Counted from the first letter of the stretch, positions 9,696 through 19,301 are shown. The stretch is DNA of 64,000 nucleotides from Acidobacteriota bacterium (GCA_040768985.1 JAXGLX010000002.1:4378971-4442970); one strand, 5' to 3'. Program-made: numbers and translations. The notes: generated by a model from the letters alone, not told the origin.

Positions 9696-9777
9696 CGGCG
9701 GGATCCGGAGGCGCCCCCTGAGCGAACCGCTGCCGTCCCCCGCACCATCCCCCCACAAGGGCCGCCAGGTCCGGGCG

Positions 9778-10449
9778 ATGTTCGCCGGGATCGCCCATCG
9801 CTACGACCTGCTCAACCACCTCCTGTCGCTGGGCACCGACGTCCACTGGCGCCGCGCGGCGGCGCGCCGGTGGGCGGCGCGGCTGCCGGCGGGACGGCCG
9901 GAGCTGCTGGACCTGTGCTGCGGCACCGGCGACCTGGCCCGGCTCATGGCCCGCTACGGGCCGGTGACCGGCTGCGACTTCTGCCTGCCCATGCTGGCGC
10001 GGGGGCGCGACAAGCTGCGCCGCCGCGCGCCCGGCGGTCACGCCGTCCGCCTGGCCGCGGGCGACGCCCTGGCGCTGCCGTTCCCCGACGGCAGCTTCGA
10101 CGGGCTGATGGTGGCCTTCGGCGTGCGCAATTTCGCCGACCTGGACACCGGGCTCCGGGAGATGCACCGCGTGCTACGCCCCGGCGGGATGGCGGGCATC
10201 CTGGAGTTTTCCCAGCCGACCCTGCCGGTGTTCCGGCCGCTGTTCCTGTTCTACTTCCACCGGGTGCTGCCGGCGCTGGGGCGGCTGGTCTCGGGCCGCG
10301 GCGGCGCCTACCGCTATCTGCCCGAGTCGGTGGCCGCGTTCCCCGACGCCCCGGCGTTTGCCGCGCAACTCGAAGCGGCGGGTTTTCACGACGTGGCCTG
10401 GCGGCGCTTCACCTTCGGCGTGGCTGCGCTGCACACGGCCCGGCGGTGA
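9778..10449 (+). CDS. ubiE: Demethylmenaquinone/ubiquinone C-methyltransferase (UbiE/MenG family)
   Basis: MFAGIAHRYDLLNHLLSLG, the SAM motif LDLCCGTGDL, and FGVRNFAD. The conserved upstream residues KGRQVRA have no canonical start codon, so the true start may be a non-canonical codon upstream. Confidence 0.85.
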   Translation: MFAGIAHRYDLLNHLLSLGTDVHWRRAAARRWAARLPAGRPELLDLCCGTGDLARLMARYGPVTGCDFCLPMLARGRDKLRRRAPGGHAVRLAAGDALALPFPDGSFDGLMVAFGVRNFADLDTGLREMHRVLRPGGMAGILEFSQPTLPVFRPLFLFYFHRVLPALGRLVSGRGGAYRYLPESVAAFPDAPAFAAQLEAAGFHDVAWRRFTFGVAALHTARR

Positions 10450-10493
10450 CGGCCGGCGCTGGAGCCGCGCCGCATTCGATTACTTTCGACAGC

Positions 10494-12233
10494 TCAATAT
10501 TTCGAAGGCCAGAAGGGGGGCCAGCCCGGATCGTCGGGTACCTCGGCCTGGCGGTGCTCGTAGAGCCAGGTGGTGGCGCCGCCCGGCAGGGGCCACCGGC
10601 GGCGGAGGACGAACCGCTCCGGGTGCTGCCGGACGAACGCCGTGAGGCGGGCGTTGTCGGCGGTGTTCCAGACCGGCCCCTGGTTGCCGTCGGCCAGCAG
10701 GATCCACCGGTATGGCTTGAACGCGGCGCCGTCGGGGTCGAAGACGCTGATCCGCCAGACGGCCAGCTCCTGCTTCATGAGCGCGGCCGTGGCCCGGAAG
10801 CTCCAGACGTTGAAGCGCGGGGCGTCGGGCACCAGGCCGAGACTGGCCCGGCCCGGGGCAGGATGCTCCCCGATGTGGCGCACGATCGCCGCCAGCCGCC
10901 AGTCCTCGCGCCGGGGCGGCGTCCATATCTCGAAGGCGTCCTGCTGGTAGACGAACCAGGCGTCCGGCCAGTGGCGGATGGATTCCGCCGGCACGCCGGC
11001 CGGCGTGTCGCGGAGGAACCGTTCGGCGAAGGCGTCCGCCGCCGCCGGCGCCACCTGCAGCCGCGGGGGGATCAGCGGACAGCCGAACGTGAGCAGCAGG
11101 AACTGGACGGCGGCGACACCGGCGCAGGCGCCGGCCAGCGTCCGCCGCAGCCACGCCCGTTTCAGGCCGAACACGAAGCCCGCGATCAGGAGCGACACCG
11201 CCGGCAGCACGGGACTGATGTGCCGGGGCGCCTTGTTCGCCAGCAGGGTGAAGACGACGTACGGCACCGCCACCCACACCAGCGCCAGCGCCAGGGAGCC
11301 GGCGGCGACCGCATCCGTCCGCCGGCGCGCCAGCCGGATCAGCGCCGCCGCCACCGCCGCGAGGAACACCAGGAAGAGCGGTCCGAACAGATGCCAGCCG
11401 CACAGGGCGCGGAGGTAGTAGCTCCAGCCGGCCAGGCTCCACACCGCCGGGTCCCCCTCGACGGGACCCAGCCCCTGGGTGACCGGCAGGAACTGGGCCG
11501 CCAGAAATCCGGCCCGGTGCAGGTACCACGGCCAGGCGACGGCGGCGGCCGCCACCGCGGCCCAGGCCACGTTGTCGGCGGCGGCGCGTCGGGCCGCCGC
11601 GTCGGGCGCCCGGCGCCAGGCCTGGACCGCCAGCAGCGCCAGCGGTCCGGCGGTGTAAAACAGGACGGTCCATTTGGTGAGCAGCCCCAGCCCGAAGACG
11701 ATCCCGAGCCCCACCGTGAGCCGGCGGCGGCTGAATCCCTCCGCGGCCGCGGCCAGGGCGACGATCAGGGCGGTGAGGGCCACCGTTTCGAAGTCGATGA
11801 CCACGTCGCGGCTCAGCCACACCACGTGCGGCCACGCGGCGGTGAGACCGGCGGCCAGCAGCCCTGCCTCGGCCCGGCCCGTGGCGCGCCGGCCGAGATA
11901 GAACACCGAGCCCAGCAGCGCGGCCAGGAACGGCAGATGGATCAGCGTGGCCGTGTCGGGCCCGGCGCGCAGGGCCAGCAGGGGCGCCAGCAGGATGTAG
12001 AACAGGGGCGGGTAGAAGGGCGACAGGCCCAGCAGCGCCGTCAGGCCGCCGCCGCCGTGGCGAAAGAAGTCGAGGAACCGCAGGGCGTGGGTCAGGTGGA
12101 GGGCGCTGTCCCACATGGGCGGGCGGTCGTTGGCCGCCAGCCACCACAGCTGCGCGGCAACCAGGGCCAGGCCCAGTCCGCCCAGCGCTAGCCAGATCCG
12201 GCGGGGTGTGTTGGCGGGAGCCGGCGCGCGCAT
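10494..12233 (-). CDS. GT-C fold glycosyltransferase (ArnT/PMT-like, polytopic membrane protein)
   Basis: 579 aa with many hydrophobic segments. ArnT/PMT-like N-terminal region (DRPPMWDSALHL...) and a soluble C-terminal domain. Confidence 0.75.
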   Translation of the reverse strand: MRAPAPANTPRRIWLALGGLGLALVAAQLWWLAANDRPPMWDSALHLTHALRFLDFFRHGGGGLTALLGLSPFYPPLFYILLAPLLALRAGPDTATLIHLPFLAALLGSVFYLGRRATGRAEAGLLAAGLTAAWPHVVWLSRDVVIDFETVALTALIVALAAAAEGFSRRRLTVGLGIVFGLGLLTKWTVLFYTAGPLALLAVQAWRRAPDAAARRAAADNVAWAAVAAAAVAWPWYLHRAGFLAAQFLPVTQGLGPVEGDPAVWSLAGWSYYLRALCGWHLFGPLFLVFLAAVAAALIRLARRRTDAVAAGSLALALVWVAVPYVVFTLLANKAPRHISPVLPAVSLLIAGFVFGLKRAWLRRTLAGACAGVAAVQFLLLTFGCPLIPPRLQVAPAAADAFAERFLRDTPAGVPAESIRHWPDAWFVYQQDAFEIWTPPRREDWRLAAIVRHIGEHPAPGRASLGLVPDAPRFNVWSFRATAALMKQELAVWRISVFDPDGAAFKPYRWILLADGNQGPVWNTADNARLTAFVRQHPERFVLRRRWPLPGGATTWLYEHRQAEVPDDPGWPPFWPSKY

Positions 12234-12242
12234 GGTCCGCCG

Positions 12243-12635
12243 TTACAGGTACGGCGTGTCGATCACCCGGTTGAGCAGCATGAGCAGCTCGTCCGGGTCA
12301 CTGAAGCCGCCCAGGGCGTGGCCCTTGCACCCCTTGCGGCTGCAGGCGTCCACCTTGCCGCCGCCCTTGATCCCCAGGGTGAACATGGGGGCGGCGCACA
12401 GGGTGCACGGATAGTCGCGGTTGAGCGGGGCGTTGCAGTGGGGGCATTGGAACGCGACCACCGCGCCGTCGGCGACGTCGAAGGGGAGCCGGACGGCGTA
12501 GTCATTGAAGTAGGTGCTCAGCGCGACGGTTCCCGTGCGGCCGGCGTCGTCGCGGAGCTTCAGCTCGATCCACTCGCCGCTTGTGAGCGCGGCCCGGCAG
12601 TGGGGGCAGACAGTTTCCAGCAGGATCTTTTTCAT
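12243..12635 (-). CDS. Cys-rich zinc-ribbon protein, function unknown
   Basis: 130 aa with CPHC x2, CTLC and C..C pairs. Packed tightly between the acyl-CoA ligase gene (16 nt gap) and the GT-C gene (9 nt gap). Confidence 0.5.
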   Translation of the reverse strand: MKKILLETVCPHCRAALTSGEWIELKLRDDAGRTGTVALSTYFNDYAVRLPFDVADGAVVAFQCPHCNAPLNRDYPCTLCAAPMFTLGIKGGGKVDACSRKGCKGHALGGFSDPDELLMLLNRVIDTPYL

Positions 12636-12651
12636 GGCGATGCCTCGACCT

Positions 12652-14358
12652 TCAGATTTTCATGATCTTCTGGGTGTACAGGAACCGCTTGATCTTCCGG
12701 GTGGTGGTCTTGTCGAACTCCTCCCAGCGGACGGCGAACCGGCGCACCCGCTTGTAGGGCGGCAGTCCGGCGCAGCGGCGGCGGACTTCGGCGCGCAGGA
12801 TCTCCTCCACCAGCTCGTCGGAGAGCGACACCCCCTTCTCCCGGCAGTGGCGGTCCACCGCCTCCATGTTGGGCACGATGATGGCCTGGATTTCCTCCAC
12901 CTCGGGGCCGGCGGCCTCCGGGCCCTCCCAGACCAGGCTCTCCAGAATGAACGGCGACCCGTTGAGGTAGTACTCCACCTCCTCCGGGTAGACGTTCTTG
13001 CCGTTGGCCAGCACGATCACCGCCTTCTTGCGGCCCTGGATGTGGACGAACCCGTCGTCGTCGATGTAGCCGAGGTCGCCGGTGTGGAGCCAGCCGTCGC
13101 GGATCATCTCGGCGGTGGCCGCGGGGTTTTCGAAATAGCCCTGCATGATGTTGGGCCCGCGGGCGCAGATCTCGCCGTCCACGATCCGGATGTCCACGTG
13201 CGGCAGCGGCAGCCCGGCGGCGCCGTCCTTGAACAGCTTCGAACGGTTCACCGCGAGGATGGGGGCGCACTCGGTCAGGCCGTAGCCCTGGATGCAGTGG
13301 ATGCCCAGCTCGCGGAAGAACTTCACCACGTCGGGGTCCACGGCCGCCCCGCCGCTGACGAGCAGGCGCAGCCGGCCGCCGAATTTTTCGTGCACGGCGC
13401 CGAACACCTTCTTGCGCAGGTCCAGGCCCAGCAGCCCGGTCACCCCCACCAGCCCCTTGGCCAGCCGGAACTTGCCCCGGCCGCGCTGGTCGATCCCCTC
13501 CTGGATCTTGCGGTACATCGACTCGAACAGCAGCGGCACGCCCAGCATCATCGTGGGCTGCACCTCGCGCATGGTGTCGGCCACGCGCCGCAGGTTGTCG
13601 CAGTAGACGATGGTGCAGCCGCGGTAGAGCGGCGTCAGCAGGCCGCAGGTGCACTCGTAGGTATGGTGCAGCGGCAGCACCGACAGGAACGTGTCGTGCT
13701 CGTCGATGTAGACGGCGCGGCACATGTCCATCATGTTGGCGGTAATGTTGCGGTGGCTCAGCATGACGCCCTTGGAGCTGCCCATGGTGCCGGAGGTGTA
13801 GATGATGGCCGCCGTCGCTTCCGGGTCGATGGCCGGCGCCGGCGCGCCCTCGGCGCGGATCCGTTCCGCGCCCTCCTCCAGCAGCCGCGCCAGCGACAGC
13901 ACGCTGCCGTCGTGGGCGGGGGCGTCCATGGCGATCACCGTCTGGAGCCGGGGCAGCGCGGCGCGGATCTCCCGGACCGGGTCGGCGAAACGCTCCGAGG
14001 TGACGAGCAGCTCGGCGCGGGTGGCGTCGAGGATGTGGCGCACCTCGCCCTCGCGCAGGTCCTTGTCCACCGGCACGTTGATGCCGCCGCGGCCGGCCCC
14101 GGCCAGGTACGCCAGCGCCCACTCCCAGCGGCCCTCGGAGTAGATGCCCATGGTCTTGCCCGGGCCGTGTCCGTGGAGGGCCAGCGCCGCTTCCAGCGCC
14201 GCCACCCGGCGGGTGAACTCGGCGTAGGTGATGCCGGTCCACGTGTCGCCGTCCTTGACCCGGAAGGCGTCGCGGGGGCCGTACAGGCGGGCGCTCTGGG
14301 CCAGCATGTCCCGCAGGTCCCGGATCTCCCGCACGTCATACCAGGGGTAATTAGGCAT
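12652..14358 (-). CDS. AMP-dependent synthetase / long-chain fatty-acid--CoA ligase
   Basis: AMP-binding motif IIYTSGTMGSSKGVMLSHRN, plus TGDLGYIDDDGF and GKNVYPEEVE. AAGGA RBS. Confidence 0.85.
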   Translation of the reverse strand: MPNYPWYDVREIRDLRDMLAQSARLYGPRDAFRVKDGDTWTGITYAEFTRRVAALEAALALHGHGPGKTMGIYSEGRWEWALAYLAGAGRGGINVPVDKDLREGEVRHILDATRAELLVTSERFADPVREIRAALPRLQTVIAMDAPAHDGSVLSLARLLEEGAERIRAEGAPAPAIDPEATAAIIYTSGTMGSSKGVMLSHRNITANMMDMCRAVYIDEHDTFLSVLPLHHTYECTCGLLTPLYRGCTIVYCDNLRRVADTMREVQPTMMLGVPLLFESMYRKIQEGIDQRGRGKFRLAKGLVGVTGLLGLDLRKKVFGAVHEKFGGRLRLLVSGGAAVDPDVVKFFRELGIHCIQGYGLTECAPILAVNRSKLFKDGAAGLPLPHVDIRIVDGEICARGPNIMQGYFENPAATAEMIRDGWLHTGDLGYIDDDGFVHIQGRKKAVIVLANGKNVYPEEVEYYLNGSPFILESLVWEGPEAAGPEVEEIQAIIVPNMEAVDRHCREKGVSLSDELVEEILRAEVRRRCAGLPPYKRVRRFAVRWEEFDKTTTRKIKRFLYTQKIMKI

Positions 14359-14447
14359 GCTTGTTCCTTTCCATAAAAATCGTTGACCACAGAGGACCCG
14401 GAGGACGCAGTGTGGTGTCTGGCCTGGAGATATTGAAAAACGTTTCC

Positions 14448-14456
14448 ATTATATCA
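14448..14456 (-). promoter_or_regulatory. Extended -10 promoter element (TGATATAAT on the minus strand) upstream of the acyl-CoA ligase operon
   Basis: The minus strand reads GGTGATATAATGG about 90 nt upstream of the ATG at 14358. The -35 is weak (TGATCA at 17 nt spacing). Confidence 0.45.
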
Positions 14457-14967
14457 CCGGCTGGAAATTCTGATCAGACAGATGGCCGTCGGCGGCCCGG
14501 GCGGGACAATGGAGCGGGCCCCGGTGACCGACGGCGTCGAGTCATGGCCGTTGCTGCTCCAGCCAGGCCCTGTCCGGCGCCAGCCGCCGGCTCAGGCCGG
14601 GGTGAACGGCCGCTTGAGCCGGTCGTCGGCTCCCGGTGTGCCGGCGCTCGTGCGCGATGCCGCCCCTGTCCTACGGGCGATATCCGATGTCCGATTTCCA
14701 ATGTCCGATATCCGAGATCGTCAAGAATTGTAGTATCATGCAGCAATAAATGTACCCAAATGCACCCGTCCCGGCAGGCGGCCGATGGCCGGCCGCTGGC
14801 GGCGCGCCCGATCCGGCGGCGGTTTCCGGGCGGCAAGGCGCGGCGGAGACCGTCTGGCACCGGAATTGAAATACTAGCGGCGAGCGACGGGCACCGAGGC
14901 GGACGGCCCGACGGGGCGATGGGACGGCCCGCACGGAACCGGTGACAACGAACGATCAGGAGGAACC

Positions 14968-15327
14968 ATGACCAACACAACCCGGCTGATGCTCTACTGG
15001 ACCCCGCGGGCGCTGGGCATCCTGTTCGCCGCCTTCATCAGTCTCTTCGCCCTGGACGTGTTCGAAGGCGGCTTCCGCTTCCCCGAGACCCTCATCGCCC
15101 TGGGGATGCACCTCATCCCGACGTTGCTGGTGGTGATCACGCTGGTGGCCGCCTGGCGTTGGGCGTGGGTGGGCGCGGTGGTGTTCTTCGGACTGGCGGT
15201 GCTGTACCTGGTTCTGGCCTGGGGACGCTTCCACTGGGCTGCCTATGCCACCATCTCCGGCCCGCTGGCGGTGCTGGGCGGGCTGTTCCTGCTGAACTGG
15301 ATCTTGCGGGAACAGTTGAAGGTGTAA
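14968..15327 (+). CDS. Small integral membrane protein (3-4 TM), function unknown
   Basis: 119 aa and strongly hydrophobic. AGGAGG RBS 5 nt upstream of the ATG. Confidence 0.6.
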   Translation: MTNTTRLMLYWTPRALGILFAAFISLFALDVFEGGFRFPETLIALGMHLIPTLLVVITLVAAWRWAWVGAVVFFGLAVLYLVLAWGRFHWAAYATISGPLAVLGGLFLLNWILREQLKV

Positions 15328-15344
15328 CCGCCGTCGTCGGCGGC

Positions 15345-15629
15345 ATGGCAGGGGAAGGGTGAATCGGCGAATGGGTGAATCGGGAGACGGGAGACGAGAG
15401 AGGGGAGACGGCAGACGGGAGACGTGGGAGACGGGAGACGTCGGATGGTAAATGATTGACCGCAGACGAATCAACCATCCACGATCAACTATCAACGATC
15501 AACTATCAACGATCAACTATCAACGATCAACTATCAACGGTCAACTATCAACCATCAACCCTCCACGAATGGGAACGAACCCCGAACACCGACTCACCGA
15601 TTCACCCATTCACCCATTCACCCATTCAC
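15345..15629. repeat. Mosaic intergenic repeat block
   Basis: (GGTGAATS)n, (GGGAGAC)n, (ATCAACKATCAACT)n, then CATTCACC units. Confidence 0.9.
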
Positions 15630-16802
15630 CTACCCCAATACCCTAAAGAACATGCATTTGAGATAGTGCGTCTCCGGCATCGCCGGCAGCACCGGGTGGT
15701 CCAGCGCCTGGCACCCCTCGGCCACGAGCTGCACGTCGCGGCCCGCCTCGGCCGCGGCGGCGATCGCCTCGCGGAGCAGCATCTCCCGGGTGGTGAACGA
15801 CGAGCACGACGCCGCGGCCAGCACCCCGCCGGGTGTCACCCGGGCCAGCGCCAGGGCGATGTGGCGGCGGTAGATCGCCAGGGCGTCGTCGAGGAAGCGC
15901 TTCTTCTTGGCAAACGCCGGCGGGTCCAGGACGACGAAATCGAAGCGGCGCGTCTCGGTGGCGAGATACGTCTCCACGTTTTCCGTGACCGTCTCCAGCC
16001 GGTCCGCCCAGCCGTTGGCCGCGGCCGAGGCCCGCGCCAGCTCCAGCGCCGCCGCGTCGCCGTCGACGCACACGGCGCGGACGGCGCCGGCGGCGAGCAG
16101 GGTGTGGGCCCAGAGCCCGGAGTAGCTGAACAGGTCCAGGACGGACTCGCCTTCCCGGACCAGGTGGCCGAGCAGCCGCCGGTTCTCGCGGTGGTCCAGG
16201 AAGAGGCCGGTCTTGCGCCCGGCCCAACAGTCCACCACCATCCGGACGCCGTCGTGGTCCACGGTGACGGGCCCGTCCCAGCGGCCGGAAAGCAACCGCG
16301 TCTCCACGGCGAGCCCTTCGAGGCGGCGGAGCAGGTTGGTGTTGCGCAGGATCACCGTGTCCACCCCGAGGCGGCCCGACAGCTCTTCGGCCACGAGGTC
16401 CGTCCACCGCTCCATGCCGGCCACGCTCTGGGAGATCACGAGCACCGGGCCGTAGCGGTCCGCCACGAGCCCCGGCAGGCCGTCGCTCTCGCCGTACACC
16501 AGGCGCGCCACCGCCGCGCCGGGTCGGACCCGCTCCCGCCACGCCAGCGCCGCCGCCAGACGCCGCCGCACCAGCGCCGCGTCGGGCTCGCGGTCGGCCG
16601 AGTCCACGACCCGGACCGCGATGTGCGACAGCGGATTGGCGTAGCCCACGCCCAGGAACTCGCCGGCGCCCGACTCGAGGCGCACCGCCTCGCCGGGCGT
16701 GACGCCGGCGAGCGCCGCCGAGTCGAAGTCACCGCGCCAGGCCCAGCGATGGCCGCGGCGGATGCGGGTGTGGTAGTCCTTTTCCATACGGAGCGTGCGC
16801 AT
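15630..16802 (-). CDS. rlmI: Class I SAM-dependent rRNA (cytosine-C5) methyltransferase, RlmI-like (PUA + MTase)
   Basis: GLPGLVADRYG, KTGLFLDHRENR, LDLFSYSGLW and VVLDPPAFAKKK. ATG at 16802; an alternative TTG lies at 16808. Confidence 0.85.
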   Translation of the reverse strand: MRTLRMEKDYHTRIRRGHRWAWRGDFDSAALAGVTPGEAVRLESGAGEFLGVGYANPLSHIAVRVVDSADREPDAALVRRRLAAALAWRERVRPGAAVARLVYGESDGLPGLVADRYGPVLVISQSVAGMERWTDLVAEELSGRLGVDTVILRNTNLLRRLEGLAVETRLLSGRWDGPVTVDHDGVRMVVDCWAGRKTGLFLDHRENRRLLGHLVREGESVLDLFSYSGLWAHTLLAAGAVRAVCVDGDAAALELARASAAANGWADRLETVTENVETYLATETRRFDFVVLDPPAFAKKKRFLDDALAIYRRHIALALARVTPGGVLAAASCSSFTTREMLLREAIAAAAEAGRDVQLVAEGCQALDHPVLPAMPETHYLKCMFFRVLG

Positions 16803-17035
16803 GCCCAAAGTGTAGCATAGGAAAACTTTTCACCACAGAGGACACAGAGGGCACAGAGGACGCAGAGAGGGGATTCTGGCTTTTTAATTATTTAGCCGAG
16901 TCACGGATTGCTGGAATCCAAGCAATTTCATTTTTTTCACAAAATTACAAATTATTATCGGACGGAGCGGCCCTGCGTTCGTTTGATCAATTAGATGCTG
17001 ATGCATCAGAATCGTCCAAGTGGGGGAGACACGAA

Positions 17036-17434
17036 GTGAAGCGGATGGATGCTCTCAACATCATCACCGGTAAAGTGTTGACCGCCGCATTTCGGGTGCA
17101 TTCTGCCCTGGGGCCGGGCTTGCTCGAGAGCGCCTACCAGGCGTGTCTGGCTTACGAACTGCATCAGATGAGGTTGAAAGCGGATGTTCAGGTCGCTCTG
17201 CCCGTCACCTATGACCAGATTCGGCTGGAGGTCGGATACCGTTTGGATATCGTAGTGGAACAGCAGGTGATTCTGGAATTGAAAGCTGTCAACCAGTTGC
17301 TCCCGATCCATGAAGCCCAACTGCTGTCCTATTTAAAATTGAGCGGACTGCCAGTGGGGCTCCTGATCAACTTTCACGAGGTCCGCCTCAAGGATGGCAT
17401 TCGGCGCCTCATCAACACGAAGCCATCTCCCTGA
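17036..17434 (+). CDS. GxxExxY protein (PD-(D/E)XK nuclease fold), copy 1
   Basis: GLLESAY matches GxxExxY. D..E.K core in RLDIVVEQQVILELKAV. GTG start with a GGGGGAG RBS. The gene and its AT-rich upstream region have visibly lower GC than the neighbours. Confidence 0.85.
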   Translation: MKRMDALNIITGKVLTAAFRVHSALGPGLLESAYQACLAYELHQMRLKADVQVALPVTYDQIRLEVGYRLDIVVEQQVILELKAVNQLLPIHEAQLLSYLKLSGLPVGLLINFHEVRLKDGIRRLINTKPSP

Positions 17435-17553
17435 TCAGCCTAGAACACCCCCGGGAAATGGAAGACGTGGGTCGACGTCTCCAACACAGATGCCTTCTGC
17501 GTCCTCTGCGTACTCCGCGGTGACAATAATTGTGTCTTCGGTGCACGCGCTGC

Positions 17554-18909
17554 TCATTTCAGCATCACGGCTTCGATGGACGGGCCGTCGGTGCGCCGCT
17601 TGTCGGCCCACTTGAGGAGCAGGGCGAAGGCGAAGCCCAGCACGCCCAGCGCCGCGAACAGGAGCATCGTCGAGGTGTAGTCCACCACCGGCTTGCCGTC
17701 GGCGCCGGTGACCGTGTGGGCGTCGGCGATCTTGCCGGCGATCCAGGGGAAGAGCATGAGCCCGACGTTCTGGATGTAGCCGATCACGCCGAACGCCGTC
17801 CCCAGCCGCGACTCGGGCACCATCATGGGGATGGCCGCCCAGAGCGCCGCCGGCACCAGACTCAGCGCCACGCCCACGACGAAGATGGGCACCACCGGCG
17901 GGAAGCGGGTGTAGCCCAGCAGCAGGTGGCAGGGCACCAGCAGGAGGGCGCCGATCACCATCAGGGTGGCGCGCTTCCCCTTGTGGTCCACGAACCAGCC
18001 CAGGATGGGGGTGAAGATCATGGTGCCGAAGATCAGCGCCGAGGTGTAATGGCCGGCGGCCGTCTCGGTGTAGCCGAACTTCTGGACCAGGATGTCGGGG
18101 GCGAACGACTGGAACGGGAAGACCGCCGAGTAGAAGGTCACGCACAGCAGCGAGATGAACCAGAACGACGGGCTGAACGAGAACGCTTCGCGCAGGCGGA
18201 AGGCCTCCTCCGGGGCCGGCCCGCCGGCCGGCTGCGGCGGGCGGCCGATCCGCTCCAGCGCCAGGTAGACGAAGAAGCTGAAGAAGCCGAGCAGCATGAC
18301 CACCGCGGCGAACCACAGCGCGCCCTGCAGGCCCCACGCCTCGGCCGCCGGCGCCTGGACGTTGAGCGCCAGGAAGGTGCCCAGGCGCATGATGGTGAGG
18401 TTCATCCCGTAGGCGAACGCCAGCTCCTTCCCCTTGAACCAGCGCGCCAGCACCTTGTTATTCACCACCAGGATCGCCTCGGCGCCCACGCCGTAGATGG
18501 TGCGGCCCAGGAGCATCACTTTCAGCTCCGGGCTCCAGTCCGGCAGGAACGCCGTCTGGAGCCAGGGGTAGAGGGGCCCCAGCAGGTCGGGCAGCCCCTC
18601 CCACGCGCCGACCGCGGTGAGGAGCGCGCCGAGGAAGCAGAGGAAGCCGTAGAGGATCCCCGAAATCTTCAGACCCAGCTTATCCACCAGGACGCCGGCC
18701 AGGAGCAGCATCAACAGGAAGACGTTGGCCGCGGCATAGGCGGAAAACAGCAACCCGTACTCCGAGCCGGTGAAGTGGAGCTGCTCCTTGATCATGGTTC
18801 CCAGCGGCGTGATGGAGTCGTAGATGAAGTACTGGGCGAAGCAGATCAGGCTCATGACCACCAGCACCAGCCAGCGGAAGCCGGGGTTCTGCTTGGGCGT
18901 CTCGCTCAT
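17554..18909 (-). CDS. MFS transporter
   Basis: 451 aa with about 12 hydrophobic segments; MFS-like loop VLVDKLGLK. AGGAGG RBS. Confidence 0.85.
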   Translation of the reverse strand: MSETPKQNPGFRWLVLVVMSLICFAQYFIYDSITPLGTMIKEQLHFTGSEYGLLFSAYAAANVFLLMLLLAGVLVDKLGLKISGILYGFLCFLGALLTAVGAWEGLPDLLGPLYPWLQTAFLPDWSPELKVMLLGRTIYGVGAEAILVVNNKVLARWFKGKELAFAYGMNLTIMRLGTFLALNVQAPAAEAWGLQGALWFAAVVMLLGFFSFFVYLALERIGRPPQPAGGPAPEEAFRLREAFSFSPSFWFISLLCVTFYSAVFPFQSFAPDILVQKFGYTETAAGHYTSALIFGTMIFTPILGWFVDHKGKRATLMVIGALLLVPCHLLLGYTRFPPVVPIFVVGVALSLVPAALWAAIPMMVPESRLGTAFGVIGYIQNVGLMLFPWIAGKIADAHTVTGADGKPVVDYTSTMLLFAALGVLGFAFALLLKWADKRRTDGPSIEAVMLK

Positions 18910-18987
18910 GGGGCCTCCTGGGGGGGGACTTCGATGCGCCAGTTTATCACAGGGAACAGTGAACAGTGAGGGGTGAATGGGTGAGTC

Positions 18988-19180
18988 GGGAGACGGGAGA
19001 CGGTTTTCGATCCGGGTTCAGAACATTAAAAAAAACTCTGTGTTCTCTGCGTACTCCGTGGTGAAGGCCGGCTGACCGATGTCCGATTTCCGATGTCCGA
19101 AGTCCGCATGGCGGGAACGAGCCTCTAGCCTCGAGCCTCTAGCCTCGATTACGATCACGATTACGAATCACGAGCACGAG
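18988..19180 (+). repeat. About 195-bp composite repeat element, copy A
   Basis: Aligns by eye at about 95% identity to the reverse complement of 23043..23232. Module order: GGGAGAC units, GTTCAGAACATTAAAAAAA, CTCTGTG units, GGTGAAGGCCGGCTGACC, CGATGTC units, GCCTCTAGCCTCGA, ACGATT/ACGAGC units. Confidence 0.9.
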
Positions 19181-19301
19181 GCCGGAACCCGGAACCTGGA
19201 ACCTGGAACCTGTGAACCTGCAAACGACGGTGATTCTGTCTGCCGCCTTGACTTTTTCGTCCCCCTGGGGGATAATCCGCGTTTGTCTGCGAGGAGGATG
19301 C

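Noticed and set aside
9870-12191. Very long ORFs overlapping annotated genes on the opposite strand or in another frame. Examples: 913..2451(-), 3545..4558(+), 9870..12191(+), 12514..14376(+), 15456..16820(+), 17530..18969(+), 19161..20723(-), 25046..26275(-), 27247..28791(-), 29827..30954(-), 56146..57405(-), 57707..59818(-) and 61802..63247(-).
   Set aside because: These are shadow ORFs, typical of ~70% GC DNA where stop codons are rare. Their translations are Arg/Pro/Gly/His-rich junk with no motifs. In each case the partner frame encodes a clearly recognisable protein.
14895-14950. GGGGCGATGGGACGGCCC..AACCGG, which resembles the start of a fluoride (crcB-motif) riboswitch.
   Set aside because: The downstream conserved elements of that motif are absent, and the downstream gene is not crcB or a known fluoride-responsive gene.
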